Below are positions 1 through 11,096 of a stretch of 60,000 nucleotides of DNA, piece by piece. The stretch's first letter is position 1; each line of letters opens with the position of its first letter. This DNA comes from Lytechinus pictus (Eukaryota). A program made the translations under genes and the position numbers. The DNA lies in NCBI RefSeq assembly GCF_037042905.1, contig NC_087245.1, positions 21,950,001 through 22,010,000 of the forward strand. Direction: 5' to 3'. Below the pieces are notes generated by a model. That model was not told the DNA's origin and did not search any database. It worked only from the letters and a program-made list of their open reading frames with translations.

Positions 1-1
1 G

Positions 2-1088
2 CCAAGAAAAGATTACATCAAATGTCTAATAGAAAGTATTGAAAGCGTAATAAAAAGGATGAGATGGAGAGCGCATTTTTTCCTCAGTGCAAACGACAGC
101 ACAAGCCAAAGTGAAACCGAAGCAAACGACAAAAGAGAGAAATTTGGGTTCAAATCAAAACGCACGCCCCCTCAGATAGATGAAATGACAAACTTTGAAA
201 ATGATTTATTAGGAATTGTAGATGAGTTGGAATTTAGGCGGGTAAATGACCAATTCCAAAGGAAACTCCGGGAAGATGTTAAGCTTATTAATACTTCAGA
301 AAAAGTATTCGTTCATGCCGACAAAACCCGGAACATATACATGATGGCCCCCAGGAAATACGAAAAGCTATTGAATGAGAACATTACAAGCAAATACAAG
401 TCTGCCAACGAAGAAATAATTGAAGAAATCGACCGTGAATCAGAAATGATTGCAAGAAAATTAGACATCGGTGATAGAATAAACAACACACCGGAAAAAG
501 CAGCGTTCATCACTTTAAAAGACCATAAGGAAAATTTCAAAAACAACCTCCAGGCCAGGTTAATCAACCCTACGAAACCCGAATTAGGCCGGGTTAGCAA
601 GATAATGCTTGATCGCATTAACAAGCAAATAAAAGCAGAAACCAACCCAAACCAGTGGACCAACACAGCCGATGTAATACAATGGTTCAAAAAGCTACCA
701 GACAAGGAATCATTATCATTTATTGTATTTGACATAATCGACTTCTACCCCTCCATCACAATCGAGCTATTGTCAACCTGCCTAAGCTGGGCCCAGAAAT
801 TCACTGCCATCGAAGATGAAGAAATGGAAACGATCATGCACGCAAGGAGAACATTGCTCTTCGACAACAACAACAAAGCGTGGGAAAAAAGAGAAGGCCG
901 AAAGCAATTTGATGTTTCCATGGGTGCCTACGACGGAGCCGAGATTTGCGAGCTCGTAGGATTATATGCTCTGTCACAGTTAAACAAAAGAATCAACACC
1001 TATAGTGTAGGCCTATACCGCGACGACGGACTAGCGGTACTCCGACGAGCATCAGGGAGCAGGGCGGACAGGGCGCGAAAAGACCTCA
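2..1088 (+). CDS. PLE ORF, N-terminal/RT part (frame open from base 2)
   Basis: Frame of ORF 59..1099 has no stop back to base 2 (PRKDYIKCLIESIESVIKRMRWRAHFF); catalytic YRDD near 1015-1026. Confidence 0.88.
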
Positions 1089-2663
1089 CCCAGGACTAAA
1101 ATCCAGTTGAAACCAATTAGAGCAAAACCAATTGAAACCAGTTGGCCAACTGGTTTCAATAGGGAAATTGGAACAACTGGAACCAATTGAAACCAGTTGC
1201 CAACTGGTTCCAGTTAAAACCAATTGGGCAACTGGAACCAGTTGGCAATTGGTTTCAATTTGTTCCAGTTGAAACCAATTAAGCAACCAGTTGGCAACTG
1301 GTTTCAATTGGTTCCAGTTGTTCCAATTTCCCTATTAAAACCAGTTGAATCCAATTGGAGGCAACTGGTTTCAATTGGTTCCAGTTGAAACCAATTGGAG
1401 GCAACTGGTTTCAACTGGAACCAGTTGAAACTAATTGGTTTCCAACTGGATCCAATTGGAAATTCCAGTTGGAATGAGTTAATGAGTTACAAATTAATTA
1501 TAATTTGCACTAACTATATTGCTCATGCCAACAAAGAAGCAGTGCTATATGTTTATTAATACCAATGTAAAGGGCATTGATAAAATAGACATTTTAATGT
1601 ATATATATTTACATGAAAGATCTTCAAATATATGTATTTGTATTTGATGTAATTTGGTAACAGTTAGTGGTGTACTAATTATCTTATAATCTGTTTTAAT
1701 TATAATCTATAACATTTATGAACATGGTTTTCACTGCTAAGCATTCTAAACACTTATCTGAAACAAGTATGGTACTTGAATTACAAAAGAATTAAATAGA
1801 TACAGTTTAAATGATGATGAATCACATAAAACATTAATCTGTGCACACTGGCAAATAATATGCAAATTAACTGGTTTCAATTGGAACCAGTTGGGTAACT
1901 GGAAAATTTCCAATTGGAAACCAATTGGAAGTCATTTCCAGTTACCCAACTGGATCCAGTTAGGATTTCCAGTTACCAAACAGGTTCCAATTATAATTAA
2001 TTTCCAGTTAATCACCTTTCCAGTTAGAAGTCATCTCCAGTTACCCAATTAATGGTTCCAGTTAGGATTTCCAGTTACCCAACTGGTTCCAGTTAGAAAT
2101 CATTTCCAGTTGGAAGTCATTTCCAGTTACCCAACTGGTTCCAGTTAGGATTTCCAGTTACCCAACTGGTTCCAGTTAGAAATCATTTCCAGTTGGAAGT
2201 CATTTCCAGTTACCCAACTGGTTCCAGTTAGAAATCATTTCCAGTTAGAAGTCATTTCCAGTTACCCAACTGGTTCCAGTTAGAAATCATTTCCAGTTGG
2301 AAGTCATTTCCATTTACCCAACTGGTTCCAGTTAGGATTTCCAGTTACCCAACTGGTTCCAGTTAGGATTTCCAGTTACCCAACTGGTTCCAGTTACAAA
2401 TCATTTCCAGTTACCCAACTGGTTCCAGTTAGGATTTCCAGTTACCCAACAGGTTCCAGTTAGAAATCATTTCCAGTTGGAAGTCATTTCCAGTTACCCA
2501 ACTGGTTCCAGTTAGGATTTCCAGTTGCCCAACTGGTTTCAATTGGTTTCAATTGGAAATTGTTATATTCCAGTTAAAACCAATTGAAACCAGTTGAAAC
2601 CAATTGAAACCAATTGAAACCAGTTGGAAATCCAACTGGTTTCAATTGGATTTTTGTCCTGGG
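1089..2663. mobile_element. Non-autonomous DNA transposon with CCC...GGG termini and 2-bp TSD (CMC/EnSpm-like), subterminal ccagtt/aactgg repeat arrays
   Basis: TIR cccaggactaaaatccagttgaaacca / tggtttcaattggatttttgtcctggg; CA on both sides (1087-1088, 2664-2665); AT-rich core about 1470-1860. Confidence 0.85.
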
Positions 2664-2665
2664 CA

Positions 2666-3699
2666 TAAAGGTCTTCAATGATCTCGGCCTACGCATCACC
2701 ATCCAAACTAACCAAAAAATCGTAGATTACTTGGACGTCACCCTCAACCTAGACACAGGCGATTTTCAACCATATAGAAAACCTAATGACACGGTGACCT
2801 ACGTACATAGGGCATCTAACCATCCACCCCCTATCCTCAACCAAATACCTGCGGCCGTTGAGAAGCGCCTCTCGACACTGTCTTCTAACGAAGACCTATT
2901 CAAGAAAGCAGCGCCAGCATACGACGACGCCCTGAAAAGAAGCGGGTATGACAAAACCATCAAATACATCAGACCAGTAGAAGAAGGAAGAAAAAGAAGA
3001 AATAGAAGTAGAAAAGTCACCTGGTTTAACCCACCTTACAATTCTGAAGTGAAAACCAACGTAGGAGGGAGATTCATAAAGCTAATAATGAAACACTTCC
3101 CCAAGGGACATAAATTGAACCAAATATTCAATAAGAACACAATAAAGGTTAGCTACAGTTGCATGAAAAACATGGATACCATAATAAAAACCCACAACCA
3201 AAAAGTTGTTAAGCAATCAAATCCACGAGCGGAAAATAAGCCAAAATGTAACTGTCGGCAAAAAAACCAATGTCCATTACAAGGAAACTGTATGCAGACG
3301 GCTCTGGTATACAAGGCGACGATCCGACATGGCAACGAAGAGAAACACTACTTCGGGCTTGCAGGGGGGACATTCAAAGATAGATACAGAAACCACCTCA
3401 AATCATTTAAGCATGAAAGATACCGGAACGAAACTCAACTCTCAAAATACACATGGAATCTGAAGGAAAAGAACATCGAATCTACGCTAACATGGGAAAT
3501 CGAAAAAAAGTCAAACTTAAACCAAAGAAAAAGTGGCTTGTGCAATCTTTGCCTGGAGGAAAAAGTGTCCATAATAACAAACAGAAACTCACTAAACAAA
3601 AGGTCGGAACTTATTTCAAAGTGCAGACACCGAACGAGACCAAACCGGAAACCACCGAAGCGTCAAATTGACCCGCCGCACCACACAAATAGCCAATAA
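2666..3699 (+). CDS. PLE ORF, RT thumb + GIY-YIG endonuclease part
   Basis: Joins the upstream part in frame once the insertion and one CA copy are removed: ...RARKDL-IKVFNDLGLRIT...; stop TAA at 3697-3699. Confidence 0.88.
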
Positions 3700-3705
3700 C
3701 GTCAG

Positions 3706-3754
3706 TCTGCCTGAAGATCGCCTCAAGTCCGGGCGTGAAACCGCCGGTAGCAGA
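3706..3754 (+). ncRNA. Minimal type I hammerhead ribozyme
   Basis: Stem I TCTGC/GCAGA; core CTGAAGA; stem II CGCCT/GGGCG; GAAA; very short stem III ACCG-C-CGGT; cleavage triplet GTA (3747-3749). Confidence 0.85.
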
Positions 3755-3769
3755 AGTTTAACAGGTACG

Positions 3770-3801
<32 letters not shown>

Positions 3802-3810
3802 TATATATAC

Positions 3811-3890
<80 letters not shown>
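3770..3890. repeat. (TA)n microsatellite
   Basis: Direct reading. Confidence 0.97.
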
Positions 3891-3896
<6 letters not shown>

Positions 3897-4030
3897 CAAC
3901 AGCTTTGGCAACTGTTTTATTTAAATATTTTGTGAAAGGAATGGATGAAGATAACAATGGTAGGCGTAGCTTAAATTAAGGTTCCCCAAAGCTATCTGCC
4001 CTTTTGGAAAAATTGGCAATGCCGAAAAAA

Positions 4031-4076
4031 TGTCTCTGCCGGGAATCAAACCCAGGCCCCCAGCTTTGAAAGCCGG
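4031..4076 (-). tRNA. 3' portion of a second copy of the TCA-anticodon tRNA-like sequence
   Basis: Reverse complement CCGGC-TTTCAAA-GCTGG-GGGC-CTGGG-TTTGATT-CCCGG-CAGAGAC-A followed by a T run. Confidence 0.65.
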
Positions 4077-4437
4077 TTCCCGGCAGAGACATTTTTTCGG
4101 CATTGCCAATTTTTCCAAAAGGGCAGATACCTTTGGGGAACCTTGATTTAAGCTACGCCTACCATTGTTCTCTTCATCCATTCCTTTCACAAAATATTTG
4201 AATAAAAATGTTGCCAAAGCTGTTGTACAAGTATAATTTCACACATTTGTATACTTTCTCCTATCATGCCTATACGTGTACTGTATCAAAGCAGTAGCTT
4301 TGATCCAGCTGAGGCATGGCGGCTTGTCATTGTTCAAAACCCACCTACACCCGACAAAGGAAATGATAATTGGTATAGTGTCGAAAATCTGTCTATCTGA
4401 CGGTCAGTCGGATCGGGGTCGCCCTAGCCACTAACCC

Positions 4438-4509
4438 GTCTCTGTGGACTAGTGGTTAAGGCACCGGCGTTCAAAGCTGGGGGCTCGGGTTCGATTCCCG
4501 GCAGAGACA
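4438..4509 (+). tRNA. tRNA-like gene or pseudogene, anticodon TCA, short variable loop
   Basis: Acceptor GTCTCTG/CAGAGAC, D-arm GACT-AGTGGTTA-AGGC, anticodon arm CCGGC-GTTCAAA-GCTGG, T-arm TCGGG-TTCGATT-CCCGG, A73, then TTTTT. Confidence 0.7.
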
Positions 4510-4605
4510 TTTTTCGGCATTGCCAATTTTTCCATGAGGGCAGATAGCTGTGGGGAACCTTGATTTAAGCTACGCCTACCATTGTTTTCTTCATCCATTC
4601 CTTTC

Positions 4606-4653
<48 letters not shown>

Positions 4654-4765
4654 AATCTGATATAAAAATGAGATATGTATGGGGAATCACACACACACAC
4701 ATGATCAATGGATATCATAAAAAGTCCAATAGTGACGTGAACATGCATAAGATGTTCATTTTGTG

Positions 4766-5590
4766 ATATATCAAGAAACAGTTTCATGTCACAAATTGTG
4801 ATTCGTTCTAATATCAGAAAAAAGTGTTTATTTGGTCTGCCATCACAAACAACACAGCAAAACAGTCAAAAGATTTAAATCATTCATATCATGTGCCGTA
4901 CTCATATTGTTTCAATCGCATACTTACGATAATCTATTCAAAATTAGAATATTATCGAGACACTGACATTGCACGACAAATTGTCGCCCCGTGACAATTT
5001 GTGCTGCACGTGGCGGTCTCAATTGTTAAGCTTATTGTGCCAATCTGTCTCGGCAAAAAGAAACCTAGAACCACAAATTGTCGCCCACTACACAAATTGT
5101 CTTCAACCACCAGTCTGGTGTGTAGTGTATGTGCGTTGGATTATGTGTGTCGTTATTCGTGGTAAGGCTGTGTGCGCTGCGTTGTGTTAGAGGTGAGTGT
5201 TGTGTTAGGGTGTGTATGTGTATTATTATATCAAGAAACAGTTTCATGTCACAAATTGTGATTCGTTCTAATATCAGAAAAAAGTGTTTATTTGGTCTGC
5301 CATCACAAACAACACAGCAAAACAGTCAAAAGATTTAAATCATTCATATCATGTGCCGTACTCATATTGTTTCAATCGCATATTTACGATAATCTATTCA
5401 AAATTAGAATATTAGCGAGACACTGTTGCACCACAATTTGTCGCCCACTACACAAATTGTATTCACCCACCAGTCTGGTGTGTAGTGTGGGTGCGTTGGA
5501 TTATGTGTGTCGTTATTCGTTGTAAGGCTGTGTGCGCTGCGTTGTGTTAGAGGTGAGTGTTGTGTTAGGGTGTGTATGTGTATTATTATT
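4766..5590. repeat. Local tandem duplication (about 460 and 360 bp)
   Basis: atatcaagaaacagtttcatgtcacaaattgtg... starts at ~4766 and again at ~5228, nearly identical. Confidence 0.9.
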
Positions 5591-6407
5591 ATTTTTATTA
5601 GTAGTATTTTTTTTTTTGGGGGGGGGGTTATATCCACTTGGTCTGGCAGTAGCAGTTGGTCAAACTCTCTGATCGTCTAATGTCATATGAGCTAAACCCA
5701 TTTGCTTTAGTAACACTTTGGTCTTACTTCCACCTCGTCTAATGTATAGGACTTGTTCGAATATTATTGGTCGGTATAATTACCGAATCGTCGACTAGCC
5801 AAATGGTCTAATCGCCTTTTTGTCTGAATGCCAAATACATGTAAATACTTCCAGTCTGTTACAGCAATTGACCAAGTGGTGTTAGACCTATTAGATATTA
5901 GACCAAATAGAAATTAGACCAAATGGAAATTAGACTGTATGGTAAATAGGCAAAATGATAATAAGACCGAAAGGTAATCTGGTTGTAGACGAAATGGAAT
6001 TAGACCATGTATAGGATGAGGCTAAACGGCCTTAGTCAAATCGGGTTAAGACTAACTGGCAATTTACCTTTGGGGAGGCTAATATACTTAGCAGAGACAG
6101 TGGAATATTCGGTTTTTATTCACTTGGTCTAACAACAGTTGGACTAATTCTCCGTTTGCCTAATAACACATGGGCTTAACTCATTTGGTCTACTCTATAC
6201 TTGGTCTAATTTTCATTTGGTCTAATGAACAAATCGCCTAATAGCCAAATGGTCTAATTGCTTTTGCAACTCTTCATGACCTTTTTGTTTGTTTGTTTGT
6301 TAAGTGTTAAGTGAAATGGGGAGACAATCTGTGGTCCCACCTCCTCCACACATTGTCGCCTAAATGAGGCGACAATTTGTGCAGGGGTGACAATTTGTGG
6401 TGCAACA
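5424..6407. mobile_element. TGT...ACA non-autonomous element (Ginger-like) with internal ggtctaa/ttagacc foldback arrays
   Basis: TIR tgttgcaccacaatttgtcgccc / ggggtgacaatttgtggtgcaaca; flanks gacac / ggcac. Confidence 0.6.
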
Positions 6408-6979
6408 GGCACTCAGTATAAATGTATCTATAGAATAAGAAGATAATATCAAGATAAAAAGAATTCACTCGTTTTCAAATAACAAGATACTTTTGTTCGA
6501 AAAATCCTTCACTTTTTTCAATTGTATTTGTATTAGGTACCCTTCTGATATCCTTTTCATATTTTAGTATAGTGGGTTTTGTTTGGCTTGGTTTGGTTTG
6601 TTTTTGTGTTTGTGTGTTAAGAGTACAAGCAAATGACTATTGAAGCTTTTCCCTTTTCCATTCTGTTTCGGTGCGCCATGTGCACGTGTATTTGTGTTGT
6701 ATTCTTTTAAAACAATATAATGAAATATCTATGTCAATAACATTAAAAAAATCATTGTATTTATGATTCATAAATACCCTTCAGACTAAATCCATTCGTC
6801 CTATATAATCAAACAATTCTCCATAATCATGATAATTACCTCAATCGATTCTTGAAATTTTTACTTGCATTTTGCAATGAGGAAGAGTTCAGCGTCGCAA
6901 TATTTGACTAAAATAATTTACCTTGAGAATGCAGTGTAAATGAAATATTCAACAATAAATGGTATGACATGGAAATCGG

Positions 6980-7312
6980 AAATTCTGCGCATGTTTATAC
7001 CTCATCACGCTAGGATTCTTCTTAGCTATGGAATCATCTGAAATTGATAAGCACTCTGCGCATGCGTTTAGATAACCACGCCTTTGGTGATGTGGAGTTC
7101 TTGAGGATGACTATTGAAGAGATGGATAGCATGTGAAATACTACATTACTCGGTTAGTGCTACAACCAGTTGTTCACTTCAGGGCATTGTCTTTATCATA
7201 GACGAAAACCAAACAAAACACAAGAATTTCATTCAACGTTCTGCAGTTTACGTCCTTCGTTCCCTGCTAGTTTTGCTTTTCTCCAAACGAAAAAAAAAAT
7301 CCGGAATCGGTG
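6980..7312 (+). promoter_or_regulatory. Putative promoter and non-coding first exon of the GPCR gene
   Basis: NRF1-type TGCGCATGCG at 7057-7066 and partial copy near 6985; strong donor G|GTGAGT at 7312/7313; acceptor TTTTCCCCCAG ending 15550 just upstream of the GPCR ATG. Confidence 0.35.
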
Positions 7313-9893
7313 GTGAGTAAAACTACGATATCAACTTAATTCATTTCATCTTACTGATAAAACGAAGAGTAGAAAAGTCACCGATTATGACATCTATGGC
7401 GTACGTGTGAGGGTGTGGGACCGTGACTAAAACTACCAAATCTAGAGAAAAGTGGTTTTATCTTCCTCATCATACAAAGTTATAACTTGCCTATTTTGCT
7501 CTATGATTTTTTTTTCCTAGGAGGGTAAATTAAAATCAGATTACTTAATGGGTCGAGGATATAGAACATTTTAAGTAAAAATATTATTTCATTTTGATTG
7601 AATGGAAATGTAGGAGTCAAATCTAGATACTTCATTTTATATGACCAAATATATATGTTTCCAATTAAAACGATGATTGCGCATCGTCATTAAACACTTA
7701 TCTACGTTGTTTTTTTTTCGTACTCTTGAATCTCTATAAAAGAACTAGATGAAATTTTGTATCATTTGATTTCGTGAAAGATAAATATAATTCTGCTGGA
7801 GATTGATTTGTATAATTTTGTTCTAATTATATTACAACTATACCTTTAATTTCTTATTGTTAGCTATGTATAGAAATTTGTGCATTTTGTTACACTTTTA
7901 TGGTCGTAAGATGTGAAGAAATTAAAATGATTTGATATATAAAAAAAATATTTCTTCATGTTCTGTAATTGCATTATTAGACAAAGTAAAAAGTATCTTA
8001 CTCAAGTACTGTAGGCCCTACTTGAATACAAAAGTACACAATTAAGATTTTGCATTACATTTGATAGGGGAAAGATGCACCTAATGTAATTTGATGCAAA
8101 CGGGTTTGTATCCTTTGCGTCTACGAGTATTTAATTTTCATAATTTCTTTCGTTTATTGGGCATAGTACAACAACATTGTTCGATATCTCTCACAAATTG
8201 CGAAACTGTTCATTTACTAATAACATACCGTAAGTACTATGAATAGGAGAGTCCCTGTGGAACATAATCTGCAGATGCCTTGACAGTTCAAATGCTTAAT
8301 AAAGAAATTCCTTCATATGATGTAGGATTTTTCAAGACGTATATTCAGAGAGCAAATATAATTGGTGACGGATATTTGACTATGTTTTGTGTTATGTGGA
8401 AAGAGAGCGAAAACGCCAATGTTCTCTGTATTCTATTTCAATATTTTAAACCCTTTGGAAAGACCTTTTTATCATTTTTGACATATCTGTAATATAATTT
8501 GTGATGTTCATCTAGTGAATACTTTTTAATGGCGTTAGCAAAAAAAAACAATTAAACTTCAATGACTCTCAACACAAAGGCCATGTTCGAAAAACATATA
8601 CATAGGTTTTACGTTTACAGTATATAAAAGAATCTAATTCGCCCGTGAATTATCAAATATGTTAAAGAGAACAGGAAAACCACGAAACGTCCCAATATGT
8701 TCACGTAAGCCGTATATTTATTTTTCCTTTAAGTAGACGTACATAAATGTCAGCTCTCTTTTGCTTCCGATATTCCTTGTTGCGTTTCTCATGGTCAATT
8801 AATTTTGAAGACTGCACTGTAGTCTTCTGTACATCAAGTGCACGTAATTTACGCTACTCCGTCAAGGTGTCATTTATTAAAATACTGTACTTGTGTGCAT
8901 ATATCCCAGTCTTTCCTCTGAAATTCGTACATTTCTAGTGCACTCTCTATTTCACCCCCAAACACGCGATTACAATCACACAGAAAACCACACGCATATA
9001 CCATCAACTTAAGATTCACGTAATCACACACACACACTTACACCCTCCCACACACACCCTCCCACACACACCTCCAATCCGGACGATCCAAATAGAAACA
9101 CACATGTACATCCAGGGTGGCGATTCTGGGGGGCCGGGGGCACAGTGCACCCCTCCCCCCCCCCCACACACACACATACTCACACTTTTTGAAGCACTGA
9201 AAAAGTGCCCTTTTTACGCAAGAAAAAGTCCCCCTCACGAACGTGTACTGAGCCCCTTTCACCTGAGGAGGACCCGTTTTAGGTGTTACCAATAGCCCTT
9301 TCCTGTATAAGTTCCATTTTTAAAGCAAAAATGCCCCCTCTCGAACGTGTTCTGTGCCTCTTTCACCTGAGAAGGACCCGATTTATGTGTTAGAAAGTGC
9401 AATTTTTCGAATCTTTGCCAATATTTACCGAAAGATACCCCCTCACGAACGTGCTCTGTGCCCCTTTCACCCGAGAAAGACCCTTTTTATGTGTGAGCAA
9501 GTGCCCCCTTGCCTTCTTGTAAGTGCCCTTTCTCGAATCAGTGCCCCCTTTTTTACCCAAGAAGGGCACCCCTCATGAACGTGTTCTGTGCCCCTTTCAC
9601 CTGAGGAGGACCCGTTTTATGTGTGAGCAAGTGCCCCCTTGCCTTCTTGTAAGTGCCCTATCTCGAAATAGTGCCCCTTTTACCCAAGAAAAGTGCCCCA
9701 CATGAACGTGTTTTGTGCCGCTTTCACCTGAGAAGTACCCATTTTACGTGTTAACGAGTGCCCCTTTGAAACAAGAAAACAACATTCTCATTGATGTTAC
9801 TACAAAACTTGTAAGGATAATCCTTCATGAGTCATGTGAGTGGGATATATATTAAGCAGAGGCGTACAGATGGCGCGGGGGGGGGGGGGGCTC

Positions 9894-10070
9894 TCGCATA
9901 CATTCGTAATTCCGACGTTTCGTTATTCCGAAGGTTCGTTAGTCCGAAAACGAAATAAGGTTCGTAATTCCGAAGGTTCCTTAGTTCGAAAACGAAATGA
10001 GGTTCGTAGTCCGAAGGTTCGTTAGTCCCAAAACGATATAAAGTTCGTTAATCCGAAAATGAAATAAGGT
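9894..10070. repeat. Fragment of ttccgaaggttcg-repeat MITE family
   Basis: tcgcatacattcgtaattccga terminus is the reverse complement of the end of 23152-23545. Confidence 0.7.
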
Positions 10071-11096
10071 TAATTCATGTATTCCTTGAAGTTCTCAAAA
10101 TATTTCTTTTCAGGTCTGATCGTCAAAACATATCAGCTGGCGCTGCGTGCTCGCATTTTCATTAGTATGTACGTGGACCTACTACAGTAGTAGGTCCATT
10201 GTATGTATAAGCATGGAGCTATTAGCCTACTTCTATAATACTTCTCACAAATTAATTAAAATCCCTCTCTATGACAGTATATCAAAAATATCAGCTCGCA
10301 CTTCGCGCTCGAAGTAATTAGTTAGTTCCATTCGCATCTTTTTATAATCACAAACATTGCTCAGAATGTTCAATTTTTAGGACTAAATTCCTGAAATTTC
10401 TATCAAATTTAGCTCGGCTTCTCGCGTTCGCATTATTTAATCAGAGATTATGAGATCTTGTTTATAAGAATAAAGCTAAGAGGTCACTGTTCGGACTATC
10501 CCTGCAAAGAAAAAACAGCTTTAAGCAACCGATCGGGGAAATTGTGAATGACACCCCCCCCCCCTATTGGAGAAAGATGGATCCACATCTGTATCCATAC
10601 ACATATAAATTTCATGTGAAATAAGCGTGTGCCGCCCCACCCCCCCCCCCCCTCATTCCGAAAAGCTGGCTATGATTGCTGCGGATGGCTTTGCAGGTCT
10701 AGCAATGAGAGAAAAACATGAACTAGCCTCATAAACCTATGATCATCCCTTTGAGAGAATTATGCGTACTCACCGTTTTTAGTTATGAAAAGGCTTAGAA
10801 TGTCCAGTTTTCAGGCTGGAATATCTTTTTAGCTCGCGCTTCGCGCTCGCATTATTCGATGTATCCTATTCATGAGTCACTAAACGCGGTCCGTAACAGG
10901 TTTCTTTTCTAGTCAGTATATTTCAGCTCGCACTTCGCGCTCGTGTTAATTCTTCAGTTAGATGCACATCTTTTTAGTGATTGCAAAAACTGCTCAGAAT
11001 GATTTTCATTTCTTAATGAAATGTCCCAAAGTTTGAGCTTGCGATTCACGCTCGCAACACCTCCCAAGGATGCCCTTTTAACAGTAATTGACCCCC

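Larger units (their letters stand above)
1..3769 (+). mobile_element. Penelope-like retroelement (PLE), RT + C-terminal GIY-YIG endonuclease; 5' end outside window; interrupted at 1089-2663
   Basis: RT motifs (FDIIDFYPSI, MGAYDGAEICELVG, LYRDDGL), linker KVTWFNPPY, CNC-x5-CPLxGxC, EN LVY...YFG, CNLC, KCRH; hammerhead just after the stop codon; ends at a (TA)n tract. Confidence 0.92.
3893..4608. mobile_element. (TA)n-flanked non-coding repeat: inverted segment plus partial tandem of a ~418-bp unit containing a tRNA-like gene
   Basis: 3893-~4045 is the reverse complement of 4077-4229 (inverted segment runs on to 4076); 4077-4190 repeats at 4495-4608; (TA)n on both sides; further copy at 30636-30810. 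Confidence 0.8.

Noticed and set aside
1900..2640. CRISPR-like array of ttccagttacccaactgg units
   Set aside because: No unique spacers, no cas genes, eukaryotic context; these are subterminal repeats
1089..2663. Insertion in the PLE ORF as a spliceosomal or self-splicing intron
   Set aside because: Ends are CCC...GGG inverted repeats with a CA duplication, not GT-AG or group I/II boundaries
3668..3979. YI-repeat ORFs (also near 4600 and 30800)
   Set aside because: Translations of (TA)n microsatellites
4340..4410. Second hammerhead in the tRNA-containing repeat (gtcgaaa...ctgacgg)
   Set aside because: No CTGANGA core in a valid order with closing stems
4438..4509. Selenocysteine tRNA gene
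   Set aside because: Only a 4-nt variable loop and standard 7/5 stems; lacks the long extra arm
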